A stretch of 64,000 nt of DNA, from NCBI RefSeq assembly GCF_036321535.1, contig NC_087436.1, positions 32,862,001-32,926,000 on the forward strand. The letters are read 5' to 3'. The position numbers were made by a program, and so were the translations under genes. The stretch comes from Camelus dromedarius. Its lineage: Eukaryota. Shown in pieces: positions 1-13,290 of the stretch; the first letter of the stretch is position 1; every line of letters starts with the position of its first letter. Below the pieces are notes generated by a model. That model saw only the letters and a list, made by a program, of their open reading frames with translations, did no database searches and was not told the origin of the DNA.

Positions 1-470
1 ACCATTGCTGGTGTGCGTTGTGGGGGAGGGGCACAACCCAGACAGGCCATAGCAGCCTCTTTAGCCCAGAGGCCTCTGCTTGGCACCATTGTTGGCGTGC
101 GTTCTCCCAAGCAGAGCGGCGCAGCCCAGACCCAGCAGTCTTCTTGGCTTGTCCTGGAGGCGCACAAATGCTGGTGCACAGCACCCAGGCAGAGGCTGAA
201 ATCTGAATCAATTCCTAAGGGTCCCACGTCTTCCTGGGTGGGACTGAAATTTGATTTGAGCCCCACGTGGTGGTGGCAGATTTGTACACTGGTGCCTTTG
301 CGAACCTGCGCCTCTGAGACAACTGAATGGAGTTGTGGCATGCACTGGGGGCAGAACTGGCGCTAACAGTGGGCCTGCGTAGTCAGACGTGGTGCTGGAG
401 TCTGGGCTGACCCTGTGGCACACCTTGGATACAGGTGTGTGACTGCACCCTCACTATGGCAGGTCCTATT
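1..470 (-). mobile_element. Probable LINE-1 5'UTR (antisense), continuing left of the window
   Basis: GC/CpG-rich block that ends abruptly ~470 in AT-rich DNA. It has an internal ~84-bp periodic motif (ACCATTGCTGGTGTGCGTT at 1; ACCATTGTTGGCGTGCGTT at 85), as seen in monomer-type L1 5'UTRs. Family and strand are inferred. Confidence 0.5.
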
Positions 471-1254
471 GGTGGTTGTTTCTGGATAATTGAATTATAA
501 ATGATACTTGACTTCATCCTTATGCTTTACTATATTTCTCCAACTGTATACAATGAACATGGAATATTATAAATAGAAAAACTATGTTTTAATTATAAGG
601 AAATCTGAAAGTACCATTTTATTTCCATTCCTCCATCAACAGTACCATATGCCTTAGGCTCCAAGAGCCCTACTAGTGGTGACTGATCATTACTTATCCC
701 AGTCACCACTTCCTTTTTCCCTTTTCATCCTGGTTATTGATTACTAATATAGGCTCAACCTTAGAATGTTTAGAAAAGAGGAGACATTTAAAAGTTTCTT
801 AATATGCTTAAGTACATTTCAAAATAAACATTAAACTTTTTTATTCTGAGTGTAATAAACAAGTATTCTGCATGTCCTATACACCCAAGAATTTGTTGAA
901 TCAATGGCTATACTTGATTCTGGAAAAAGAAATAACAAGGTATTCTCATTATTCCACTAACCTACAGAAAAATATTTAATAGTTCCCAATTACATAAGGT
1001 GCAAATGGTTATCCTGTCATTTGAAGTCTTTCCGAATTTCAGCCATTTGGGAAATGATGTAGTCCAAAATAAATGTATAACTTATTTACAATTAGCAAAC
1101 ATCAGTTGATATTGCCTCCATATATATGGAAAGTGAATACTGATTTCAGAAGTTATTAGTTATACTTATGAAACAGTATGGAATTACAATAATCATTATT
1201 TCTAATTAAATAATTATAAAATTTAGAGGCTATCATGGGATAATCTATTTTTTC

Positions 1255-4200
1255 AACATTTATTTCTGTGATGATTAGCTCTATAAGCATCTTTTTATGT
1301 GCCTGTTGGCCATGTGTATGTCTTCCTGAAAAAAATGTCTATTCAAGCTTCTGCCTATTTTTTAATTTTTTTTATATTAATCTTTGTGAGCTACTTATAT
1401 ATTTTGGTTATTAACTCCTTACTGGTCATATGATTTTCAAATATTTTTCCCCCTCTCAGTAAGTTATCTTTTCATTTTGTTGATGTTTTCCTTTCCTGTG
1501 TAAAAAGCTTTTGTATTTAATTAGATCCTATTTGTTCATTTTGCTTTTGTTTCCTTTGCCTTAGGAGACAGATCTTCAAAAAGATTGCTATTTTTGTCAG
1601 AGTGTTCTGCCTATGTTTTGTGGTTCCCAGTCTTACATTTAAGTCTTTAGTCCATTTTGAGTTTATGTTTTACATGGTGTGAGAAAATGTTCTAATTTTA
1701 TTCTTTTATATATGGCTGTCCAGTTTTCCCAGCACCATTTACTGAAGAGACTGTTATTTACCCATTGCGTACTCTTGCCTACTTTGTCTTAGATTAATTG
1801 ACCATAAATGTGTGGGTTAATTTCTGGGTCTCTGTTCTGTTCTATTGGTTTCTATGTCTGTGTTTATGCCAGTACCATACTTTTGCTATTACTGTAGCTT
1901 TGTAGTTTAGTTTCAAATCAAGGAGCATGGTATCACCAGCTTTGTTATTCTTTCTCAGAGTGTTTTGGCTAACTGGGGTCTTTTATATTTCCATACAAAT
2001 TTTAAAATTATTTGTTCTACCTCTGTAAAAAATGCCATTGGTATTTTGATAGGGGTTGCTTTCAATTTGTAGATTGCTTTGGGTAGTATGGTCATTTTAA
2101 CAATGTTAATTCTTTCAGTTCATGAACATGGTATGTCTTTCCATCTGTTTGTGTCATTTTCAATTTCTTCATCCATGTCTTAAAGTTTTTCAATACAGGT
2201 CTTTTACCTCCTGAGTTAGATTTATTGCTAGGTATTTTTTTTTTTTTGATGTGATGGTAAATGGGATTGTTTTCCTAATTTTTCTTTCTCATAGTTTATT
2301 GTTAGTATATAGAAATATAACAAATTTATGTGTATTAATTTTGTATCCTGAAACTTTACCAATTCATTGATGAGTCATGGTAATTTTTTAGTGCCATCTT
2401 TAGACTCATGTTACCTGCAGACAGTGACAGTTTTACTTCTTCATTTCCAATTTGGATTCCCTTTATTTATTTTTCTGGTTTGATTTTCGTGGCTAGGACT
2501 TCAAATACTGTTTTGACTAAATGTGGTGAGAGTGAGCTTCCTTGTCTTGTTTTTGATGTTAGAGAAAAGTACTTTCAGCTTTTCACCATTGAGTATAATA
2601 TTGGCTGTGGGCTTATCATAAATGACCTTTATTATGTTGAGGTATGTTTCATCGGTGCTCACTTTATGGAGAATTTTTAATCATAAATGGATATTGAATT
2701 TTGTTGAAAAGTTTTTATCTGTTGAGATGATTATATGTTTTTTATTCTTCAGTTTGTTAATGTGGCTTATCAGTTTTATTTGTAGATATTGAACCATCTT
2801 TGCATCCCTGGGATAAATCCCACCTGATCGTGGTGTATGATCATTTTAATGTATTGTTGAATTTGGTTTGCTAATATTTTGTGGAGAATTTTGCGTCTAT
2901 GTTCATTGGTGGTATTAGCCTGTAAAATTTTTTTAAACCATTATCTTTGTCTGGTTTTGGTGTCAGAGTGATGCTGGCCTCAATAAAATGTGTTTGGAAG
3001 CATTCTTTCTTCTGCAATTTTTTTTGGAAAAGTTTGAGAAGGACAAGTGTTTATCCTTCTTTGAATGTTAAGTAGAATTCACCTGTGAAGCCACCTGGTC
3101 TTGGACTTTAGCTTTTTGAGGGATGTACTTTTGTTTTTATTATTATTACTGATTTGATTTCATTCCGTTAACTGGTCTTCATATTTTCTATTTCATCCTG
3201 GGTCAGTCTTGAGAGATTGTATATATTTAGGAATTTGTCCCATTTCTTCGTTGTCCATTTTATTGCTGTACAATTGTTTGTAGTAATCTCTTGTGATCTT
3301 TTGTATTTCTGTGGTATCAGTTGCAACTTTTCCTTTTTCATTTCTGATATTATTGGTTTGCCCTCCCTCTTTTTCTCTTGATGAATCTGGCTACAGGTTT
3401 ATCAATTTTGTTTATCTTTTCAAAGAACCAGTTCTTAATTTCTTTGATCTTTTCTATTTTTTTTTAGTCTCTATTTCATTTATTTCTGGTCAGATATTTA
3501 TGATTTCTTCTCTTCTACTAACTTTGGGTCTTGTCTGTTCTTTTTTTTTTTTTTCCCTAATACTTTTATGTATAAGGTAAGGTTGTTTGTTTGAGATTTT
3601 TCTTAGTTCCTGAGGTAGGTTTGTATTATTATAACTTAGAACTGCTTTTGCTACATCCTGTGCATTTTGAATCTTTGTGTTTTGTTTTCCTTTGTCCCCA
3701 AGTATTTTTTAAAAAATTTTATTGTCTCCAAGTTTTTAAAAATTTCTTATTGGATTTCTTAATTGTTCCAGTGATTTTTTAGTAGCATATTGTTTAGTCT
3801 ATATGTGTTTGTGTATTTTGCAGATTCTTTTCTGGTAGTTGATTTCTAGTCTTATACTGTTGTGGTCAGGAAAGTTGGTTGATATGATTTTAATTTTTAA
3901 AAATTTGTTGAGGTTTATTTTCTGGCCTAGCATGTAATCTGTCCTGGAGAACGTTACATGTGCACTTGAAAAGAATGTGTATTCTGCTGCTTTTGGACAG
4001 AATATTTTACATATATATATCCCTTAAATCTAGTTGGTCTAATATGTCATTTAAGTCCACTGTTTTCTTTTTGATTTTCTATTTGGATGACCTATCCATT
4101 GATGTAAGTAGGGTGTTAAAGTCTCTACTATTATTTCTCTCTTTAGGTCTGTAATATTTGCTACGTAAGTTAATATTTGATAAATTGGTGCTCCTATGTT

Positions 4201-4719
4201 GGGTGCATACATATTTATAATTGTTATATCTTCTTTATGGATGGATCTCTTGATCATTTTATACTGTATACCTTTGTCTCTTGCTATAGTTTTTATTTTA
4301 AAATCTGTTTGTCTAAGTATTGTTACCCCAACTTTTTCAAAATTTACATTTGCATAGAATACATTTTTCCATTGCTTAATTTTGTCTTGAATGTATTCTT
4401 TAAATCTGAAGTGTATCTGTTTTAGGCACCACATATAAGGGTCTTGTTTTTGCATCCTTCAGCCACTATATGTATTTGATTGGAGCATCTTGCCCATTTA
4501 CACTTAAATATTGATTGGTATGTACTTATTGCCATTTTGTTAATTGTTTTGGCATTGTTTTGTAGTTATTTTTTCTTCTTTTGACCTTTTGTGATTTGAT
4601 GACTCTCTTGAGTGAAATGTTTGGATTACTTTTTTCTTTTTTTTTTTTTTTTTTTTTTGTTTGTGTCTGTCATAGGTTTTTGGTTTATGGTTACCATGAA
4701 GGTTTTATATAGCAGTCCA

Positions 4720-4759
<40 letters not shown>

Positions 4760-4830
4760 CCTATAATCATTTTAAGTTGCTGAACTCTTAATTTCAAATG
4801 CATTTTGAAAACTCTGCATTTGTACTCTTC
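1255..4830 (-). mobile_element. LINE-1 fragment covering most of ORF2 (EN+RT) and the inter-ORF spacer, decayed
   Basis: ORF 4051-4455(-) QKQDPYMWCLKQIHFR...EDITIINMYAPNIGAP matches the L1 APE endonuclease N-terminus. At 2407-2430(-) LSLSAGNM is the degenerate RT LSLFADDM motif. T-rich antisense L1 text throughout, with many stops and frameshifts. Confidence 0.95.
4720..4762. repeat. Compound (TCTG)n(TCTA)n microsatellite
   Basis: Directly visible tetranucleotide repeats; poly-T run nearby at ~4629-4658. Confidence 0.9.
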
Positions 4831-5024
4831 TTATTTCAGGGAGATTGGTATCAAATCTCCTTTGCTATTTTGTTGTTTCTGTTAAGTATATGCTAATATA
4901 CTACCGCTGTAGGATAATTCTAAGGGGTTGGATATTTTTTCCAGTCAGTTCTTCTATGAAGAGAGTAATTTTCATAGAATAAATTGTCGTATAGGGTAGT
5001 ATTTCTACCCTATAGGCGTACATC

Positions 5025-5122
5025 ACAACTTTGAATCAGGATCTCTGAAGGTAAGGCTCAAGTTGTGCATTTTAAATTATCTCTCTGGGTAATTCTAATA
5101 ATCAGTCATGTTTGGAAGCCCT
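5025..5122. mobile_element. MER5A/B-like hAT-Charlie fragment
   Basis: GAATCAGGATCTCTG...TGCATTTTAAA...GGTAATTCTAAT...TTTGGAAGCC resembles the MER5 consensus. Confidence 0.55.
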
Positions 5123-7879
5123 AGGTGTGGTATATGGCAAAAGAAAGTTATTGAAAGATTCCTATGGCCACAAACGCTAAACCTGGGCCATTTCTGGAGC
5201 CTATTATGGGTTTTAATCCTGACCCTGTTATACCTGTAGTTCATGTCTGTCTAGATTAATTTTGAAAAGTCTGTTCTGACCTTAGGGTGGTCAATTCTCC
5301 TATGGCTTATTTTGGCAACAATCTTTAAGAGTGTCATGTCTGTGTGTGTGTGCGTGCGCATGTCTGCATGTGTGTTTGTAAAGGTGCAGATCCATGCTTC
5401 ACAGGCGTCCAGGTTTCCTGACATTGCCTTAGCTGCCATCACAACAAATCATAGTTAAGCTACAATGTTGTTGGATGGCCTGGTTGCCACATATGCCAAA
5501 GCTACTTCTTCCCTGGATGGCTTGATCCCTAAAATAAAGTAGTTTAACTGTATACCAGGATGTGGCAGAATAGACAAAACTGGGTCTCTGTGTTAAATTT
5601 ATGTAAAATGCATAAACAACTTTGTATCTCATGGATATGGTGTATAATAAAGAATGACTGAAAAGCAAGAAAACAGTGGTACTGTAAAGTGCTTTAAGAT
5701 AGGATTAAAAAAATCTAAATATGGAAATAAAAGCTTTAAGAAAAGCAGTAAGTAAAACTGGTATCATTAGGTTTAGAATTGTAAATTGATGAAAATAATC
5801 ATAAAATTTTTAAATTGGATTTTTGTGCATTATGTAGTAATGAACTACATTATTGAAATTAAATAAGCTTATCTCTTTAAAAACAGCAATGATGATTGGC
5901 ACAAACCTTAAATTTAAGATTTAAATTGGTCATTGTTTCATGGAATGTTAGACTGAGAGCCACATTTTGGGGATATGATTAATAAGAGTTTAGGAAATTT
6001 GCTAGTAGCTGTCATGAAGCCAGAAATATGTCCCTTAATTTTTTTTCTAAAGTCCTGAGTAGTGCTAAATGTGGTTTATTCACCCCTTTTAGGCTGAATC
6101 TTATAAGAAAGTTTATTTTAGGAAAATAATGAAACATTTTTATTTATGAAGTATAAGTGATTGTAGCTGAACTAATTGGCCAAAGCTTTGAAAAATGTGT
6201 ATATAGAGAGCTTGTTATTAACTTATTAAAATTTCATTTTTATTTTTTTGCTGCTTGCTAAAAAGAAGCTGCTTCTTTAAAAGAACAAAATAACTTACTC
6301 ATCAGAATTATCTAAAATCATATAAAATAACAAGATCTCTTCAAATTGGAGATGGAGTAACAAAAATGAGATGAGCCAAGAAAAGGGGTAGAAGGAGAAT
6401 TTAGAATCACTCAGAAGTGAGAAGGTAGACAGAAAGATATCTTTACATCTTTTTGTAGTGACAAGAACTACACTGTAGGAGGAAAGACAGGAGTCACAGT
6501 GTAATTGGGAAAAAAGTAAGGAGGAGTGGAGCTTATGAGCAAGAAACAATTAGGCAAGTGGAGAATGGGATGACTAAGGCTGGTTCTCAAGCTGATAACT
6601 GCTGACCTGATTATTTGGTAGCAGAAGTGGAGAAGTCTGTGTAAAAACACATTGATTGCAGTAGAGGGTACTAATTTGTATTAAGTAAAAAATGCCATGT
6701 GAAACTCATAAAAAATCTGATCATAGCCAATAATAATAAGAAAAAGCATTGCAAGTGGTAAGATTCAAGGCTTAATTCTACTTCTCCAGAAAAATTAAGC
6801 CCCATTTTTCTTTGATCACTGGTCATTGCTAATGCTTTGATAAGAAAACCACATGATGAACAGAAATTTACAGTAGGAAAAAATTACTGCTCTCTAAAAT
6901 CAATGTAGAAGTGATATGGGGATTCTTGTTTTTCTTTTGACTGAGGGTAGACATGAGAAGCATGCAAAGGAATTGTAAAAGGATTTTAAAATGGTAACCC
7001 ATAATGGTGATAGTTGAAGTACAATTCAGGGTGTGTGCTGATATCATAATTCCAGCAATTATGGTGAACTGTAATTGTGTAAATATATATGTTTGTGTGT
7101 ATTTCTTATTCATTTAATGGACTGGAAATTAAGAGAATGCATCTAGAAGATGTTGGAGAGAGGATCATATTTTTTACATTGCTGATACCTAACTCATGTG
7201 ATTTTATAATCTTGAATAAGTTAAGTCCTGAAAATTCTTGATAAATGATCTTCTACTTATAGTATTTGAACCTAGAATTTCAAATGGACAGCATCCAGTC
7301 AGTGTTAGGTAATCTGAGTTCTATCCTGAGTTCCAAATCCCCATATGAGTAGCATTAAATTTCCTTTGGTGAAAGCATGTGAACATTTCCTTGATATTTC
7401 TCAGTTTCTGCATGGTTTTTCCTTCAGGGTGTTTGCCCTTTGCCCTCAGTCACGCATCCTAAGTCTCCCTTTCTTACTTTGAATTGTGGAGTTAATCAAA
7501 TTTCGTAATATTTCCTCTTGTGATTCACTGTGAAATTATTCCAAAAAGGAAGAAATTTTCCTTTAGAAATTTGGAAAAATATTTTGAGGTTAGGTAAATA
7601 TAGAGGCAGTGAAATATATTCCGTTCTTTGCTTATGACCGTCTGTAATTTTATATTGGAAAGCTTTTGCCTTGTGAATGTAATTCATTCAGTATCAGTGA
7701 TTAGTAGCTATGTGTGGCTGGCTGATTGCTGCTGATAGGGTTAAACTTCATTTCATGGGAGCTGAATACACTCCTGCATTCAACTAGCCATCTTCCAGTA
7801 TTCATATGTTTGTAGTGAGAGGCCATGAGAAAAAGTGCAGAGACCTCAAGTTGAACTATAACTTCAGCTATAAAAATAA

Positions 7880-8040
7880 CAGTGTAATGCAGTGGAAAGA
7901 AGATGAGTAAATGCAATCTGGAGACTTGTGTTTGATTCCATTTTTGTCTTTAACTACCTTTGGCCAAGGCAAGTGAATCATTTAAACTTTATAATTTTTT
8001 TTCTCATGTGTGCAATGAAGTGGATGAATTCAGATAACCT
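7880..8040 (+). mobile_element. MIR SINE fragment
   Basis: GGAGACTTGTGTTTGATTCC...GGCAAGTGAATCATTTAAAC...TTTCTCATGTGTGCAATG MIR core-like text. Confidence 0.55.
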
Positions 8041-8232
8041 GTACTTTTTTTTTGTTCTAATATTCTATCATTTGATATTAAATACTAAATTATTATTAAT
8101 TTGGCCTTCTGCCACTTTGTCAGTTAATTAAAAACCAAAATTCTTATGCAAATAAATTAATAGCCCAGGGTATTAGCTGATTGGTACTCAAGAAGTCAGC
8201 TATGGACTTTTTTAAGATTCTGTTTTGAGACT

Positions 8233-8775
8233 TATGTGGTCAGGATTCTCAAGAGAAATAGGACATTATCTCTAATCTCCGTATCTCTCTATATAACTAT
8301 TAATATCTTTCTGTCTATCTACCTAGCCAGCCAATTCATATATGTATGTGTATACTAAGTATACAAACTTTTTATAAATAAATAAAGTAAGATGTTGGCT
8401 CACATAATTATGGAGGCTGAGTAGTCCAGACCCAGGAGAGCCTGTTCCAGTCAAGCCTGAAGGCCTGGGAACCAAGAGGGCTGAAGGTGAAAGTTGTAGT
8501 CAGAATCTGAGTTGGAAGGTAGGAAAAGACCAATGTTCCAGCTCAAAGACAGAATTTTTCTTCCTCAGACTTCTGTTTTATTCAGGCCTTCAGTGGATTG
8601 AATGAGGCCACCCACACTGGGAAGGGCAGTCTGCTTTCCTTACTCTTCACTCTACAGATTCAAATGTTAATCTCAGCCAGAAACATCCTCATAGACACAC
8701 CCAGAAATATTGTTTAACCAAATATCTGGGCATGATGTAGTCCACTCAAGTTGACATGTAAAATTAACCATCACA
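8233..8775 (-). mobile_element. MLT2 (ERVL) solo LTR
   Basis: Ends ...AAGTTGACATGTAAAATTAACCATCACA, the reverse complement of the MLT2 start TGTGATGGTTAATTTTATGTGTCAAC. Flanked by AGACT/GGACT (4/5 TSD). Confidence 0.9.
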
Positions 8776-9894
8776 GGACTGGAAAGTTCGACTGTAAGGA
8801 AAAATTGGAAAACCTTTTTTTTTTTTTTTTTTAAATTATCTACTTCATAACTGGTGTTTTTTCCTACTGTTAGAAATCATAATACTGCAAAATATACTGT
8901 AATAAACATTGGGATACTCCCAGAAAACAGAAACAGTATGGCTCAGGAGGAAAGCAGCAGATGATAACATGAATATTTATGGAAGTAAGATGATTAAATA
9001 AAAATTAGAGACTGATATGGATGAGTTATAAATTTTTTGCTAAAAATATATGTCAAATAGAAAAAAACTGACAATTAAAATAACTCTTCTTAAGCAGAGG
9101 CTTTTGGAAAATTATACGCTTGAGAGGTGGAGCCAGAAAGACTTGAGGGGTGAAACTCTGGTCTCTTTAATCAGGCTTGTTCAGACAGCTGCCATCTTTG
9201 ACTGGTATCTTCTTGGATTTAGAGCAAGATATGCATGTTCATCTATTTCACAGCTTGATATTGTGGAGAGAGTCCTGAGAAAGAAGTTAAAATATATTCT
9301 GATCCAAGGCTTTGTGTTTTTACTCAAAAATTACTTTAATTTCTTTGTACCTCAAGTCCTCATCTATAAAATGTTAATAAATTAATAACTGCCCACCTAA
9401 CATGCTATACAAGCATAAGGTATTGGTGGTCTTTATTTTCTTTATTATAGACATTTTTCTCATTGGTTTACCTTAAATTTTTTAAAGCAAGAACAAGAAT
9501 TAGTGATGTTTATTTGCTCTTAACTGTGTTTATACTATTGTGGCATGGTAATTTAATTAGAAACATAATGGAATTTACCATAAATAAATTTAATTCTGTT
9601 CATTTAAAGTTGAATCGGAAGAAGGAAAATATGGCTATTTTCATATATTTTCCTTTGGAAATATCTAATTATGAGAAAAGTGGCTATTTTTGACCTACAT
9701 TCAGGATTAACTATCACCTGAAGAATCTCTTTATAACTTTTACAAACCTAAACCTTAAGGCCCAAAGTTCTTTTAGTTCTCTTTTAGCTAGGAATGATAT
9801 GTTAGTGAGAAATTTAAGACTAAGAAGAGAGCGTGAGAAGAAGGAATGAGTGAACATAGTAAAAGTACAGTGAAAGAATTAATATAGAAATTAG

Positions 9895-10240
9895 GCTGCT
9901 GTTTCATCTTTCCCCCTGTTTGAAGTTGGGTTTGGTCATGTGAATTCCTTTGTCAGATAAAATTCGGTGGAATGACCACGTGCCAGTTAAAAGCAAGCCT
10001 AGGCTTCAGAATGCCCCATGTGTTTCTCTCTCTCTCTCTTTTTTTTAGCACCTCTGCCATCCCACAAACAGGACATGCCTATGTTAGCCCTGTGTTCACT
10101 ATGGAGTAGGGTAGATTCTCCCCAAGAAGTGCAGGTTTAATCTGCAGATCTTCAGCTGAGCTCAGATATAGGAGAATAAATAATCTTTAAAGCCACTGAG
10201 TTTTAAGGTACTTCTTATTGCAATAATAGCTCACTGATAT
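9895..10240 (+). mobile_element. MLT1 (ERVL-MaLR) LTR, old
   Basis: TTGGGTTTGGTCATGTGAATTCCTTTG near the start; AATAAA...TTTAAAGCCACTGAGTTTTAAGG...CTGATATA MaLR-type 3' end. Confidence 0.7.
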
Positions 10241-10379
10241 AAGGGTGCAGTTTTCTTTAGAACAAGAAGTATGTCTTACTCATATTTAGGCTCTCAGGTG
10301 CCCAGGTGTTCAAGTAGCATATTTTGTGAAAATTTTAGTAAATATAGAAAAATATAAGAACAATATAATACCATCTAGA

Positions 10380-13290
10380 ATTAAGAAATATTGTTTTTTC
10401 TTTAACATTTATTGTTTTTATTTTTTCTTAAGTTTTTATTATTAAAATAATGCTCTTTTGCTTTTTCCCCCCAGAGTCAACTACTATCATGAATTTAGAA
10501 TATATCCTTATGGCTGGCTCGTGCATCATAAATAATACAACTGTACTTTGTGCATATTAGAAATATTTGTCTGGATGTGAATATGCTTCACATATTACTC
10601 CACAATTTGCTTTCTTATTCAGTATTGTTTTGTGGTCTATTTATGTGGACATATTTAGATTTAATTTATTCATCTTATTGGTTATATAGTATTCATTGGT
10701 GTATCTAATTTGTCCATTCCCCTACTGATGAGTGTATAGGATGTTTCTAGAATTTTGTAAAAACAAACCAGGATGTGGTGAACATAACTACTTGTCTGGA
10801 AAAGACTGTTGTCTGGGACATATGTGTTAGAGTTTTTCTAGATTATGTATCTGATTAGAATTACTGAGCCATTGTAAATGCTACTAGAAATTCCAAGACT
10901 GCTCTCCAATGTCATTTTACACTCCTAATCTGAATAAATGGGACACTTTATGGCCCTACATCCTTGCCAAGTATTGACAGACTTTTAAATTTTTGCTATT
11001 ATAATGGGTATGAAATAATATGGTATGTTCTGTTTTATTTCACATCATTTCTCATTATTAGTAAGGTCAAGCAACTTTGCGGACAAATATTTGCCAGATA
11101 TATTTGGGTTTGTCTCTTAATTTTCTTATTTTCCCTTTGGGATGATTTCCGTTCTTTTTGCTTTCTTAGAATTCTTTATGTGTATTATTCCACATTTATA
11201 AATTATTTTTATCATGTAAATAAATTCTAGCCTTAAATTTATGAAGTTATTTGTATATGTTTTCTTTGAAAGATTTTTTCTCGTGGATTTCTTTGTTATG
11301 TTGCACTTTCAAATTGATTATAGTATATCAAGGTTTTATATTTTGTCAGATAATCTTATTGAATTGTCAACAATAATGTTGATGTTACTTACTTATTTCA
11401 ATACCATCTTGATAAATTCCCTTGGGGTTTCTGTGTAAATAAACATGTGATCAGTACGTAATGACTGTTTCAAATCTTCCATCCTGATATATTTTAAAAA
11501 TCAACTTTATTGAGGTATCATTTAAATTATAAAGTAATCAAATTTATTAAAGTTTTGATGAGTTTTAACGTACATATACTATATGTAATCACCATTATAA
11601 TCATGATATAAGACATTTACATAACCCCCCCCCCCCCAAATCTTTTATCTCCCTTTGTGGTTAATTGCCTCCTACTGTGCTTGGCTCCTGGCAACTGCTG
11701 GCCTATTTTTAACACTATAGTTTTAAATTTTGTATAAATGAACGTATCGTATGTGATCTTTTTTGTGTCTGACGTTATTTCACTTAGCATAGTGTTTTGA
11801 GATTCCCGTGTTATTGAGTGTATCAGGTAGATGTTTCTTTTATTGCTGATTTATGTTTCATCATATGAGCATACTACAATTTATTTATTCAAAGAAGATT
11901 GACATTTGAATTGTTCCACTTGGTGATTGCTATGAATAAGTCACCTATGGTTATTCAAATTCAAGTCTTTATGTGGACATGTATTTTCCTTTCTCTTGGG
12001 TAAATACTCTAGAGTAGAATTGTTGGGTCAAATGGTAAGTGTGTGTTTAGCTTCATAAGATACTGCCAAACCATTTTCCAAAATAGTTTTATATTTTGCA
12101 TCTCTACCAGCAGTTTGAGTTCCAGGTGGTTCCAATCCTTGCCAAAATTTGGTTTTGTTAGTTTGAATTTTATCCATTCTAATGGGTGTGCTGTGGTTTA
12201 TCTCGTTGTGGTTTTATTTGCATTTCCCTAATGACTAATGATGTTGAGTGTCTTTTCGTGCTTTATTTGCCATGTATATATTTCTTTTGGTACATTGCCT
12301 GTTTAAATCTATAGCCCATTTGAAATTGTGTTGTTTATATTCATATTATTGAGTTATAAGATGTTTTTATAGTTTATATTTTGTAATCTTTTGTCAAATA
12401 TATGCTTTGCTGATATTTTCTCCCAGCCTGTGGCTTGCTTCTTCATTTCCTTAACAGTGTCTTAATAGTGTCTATGAAAGAGCAACACATTTAATTTTGG
12501 TATAGTCCAGCTTTTCATTCTTACATAATTTGTGCTTTTTGTGTTCTATGTAAGAAATCGATCCCAAAGTCACCAAGATTTTCTCTATGTTGTCTTCTGG
12601 TAATTTTATACTTTTGGTTACACTTAGGCTGTATCCTATTTCAAGTTAATTTTTGTAAATGGTGTGTGCTATTGATTGAAGTACATTTTTTTGAATATAG
12701 ATACTTGTGCCAGTACCATTGAAAAGGCTCATTTCTCCTTTGAATTGCCTTGGTGCTTGTCAAAAATAAATTGACCATAGAAATGTAGGTCTGTTTTGGG
12801 ACTCCCTATTCTGTTTCATTGATATGAGATAAGTGTGTATTTTTAAACTGTCAAAAGTATAAGGAAAAAATTAGAGACCTTTAAGTCTTCACTTTTATAG
12901 TTTAAAAAATGTTTCTCTTTAATCTTTCTGGAAATCTTAATTGTCTCTAATGTAATGTGAGACTGTAAACTTTATTTCTTCTAAATGCACATGCAATTGC
13001 CACTTGTTACTAACTTCTTTTACCTCTGATTTCAAATATCACCTTAACCAAACATTTATGTCTCTATCTAGCACATATGAACACACATTAAGTATGTGTA
13101 TTTCTGTTTCTAGGCTGTGATTTTGTTCTGTTGCTCTAGTTTTCTATTTCAGTAGCAATATTATGTTTCCATGTACATTATATTTCTGTTTTATGGTACA
13201 GCAAATTTTAAAATACTTCTCTTTTTCAAAAATTTCTTCATGATCACGTCACATTCACTCTTCCAACTTATCTTGATACATCTGGAAAAA
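10380..13290 (-). mobile_element. Nested old LINE-1 (L1M-type) 3' fragments; a younger copy at ~11490-12830 interrupts an older one
   Basis: Antisense L1 3'UTR/ORF2-end text (e.g. TTTATTGAGGTAT..., GGTTTTATTTGCATTTCCCTAATGACTAATGATGTTGAG) occurs in two differently decayed layers. Confidence 0.8.

Noticed and set aside
13..423. Overlapping ORFs in the GC-rich left edge
   Set aside because: Expected from high GC in a probable L1 5'UTR; no protein similarity recognised.
2408..4425. Hydrophobic + strand ORFs that look like membrane proteins
   Set aside because: They are antisense frames of the A-rich L1 ORF2.
4051..4455. L1 endonuclease ORF as a functional CDS
   Set aside because: Truncated and frameshifted; the same element's RT FADD motif is mutated to SAGN.
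6301..6311. Possible - strand microexon (TTTTAG..GTAAGT) near 6299-6311
   Set aside because: 13 nt, not frame-preserving; such motifs are common by chance in AT-rich DNA.
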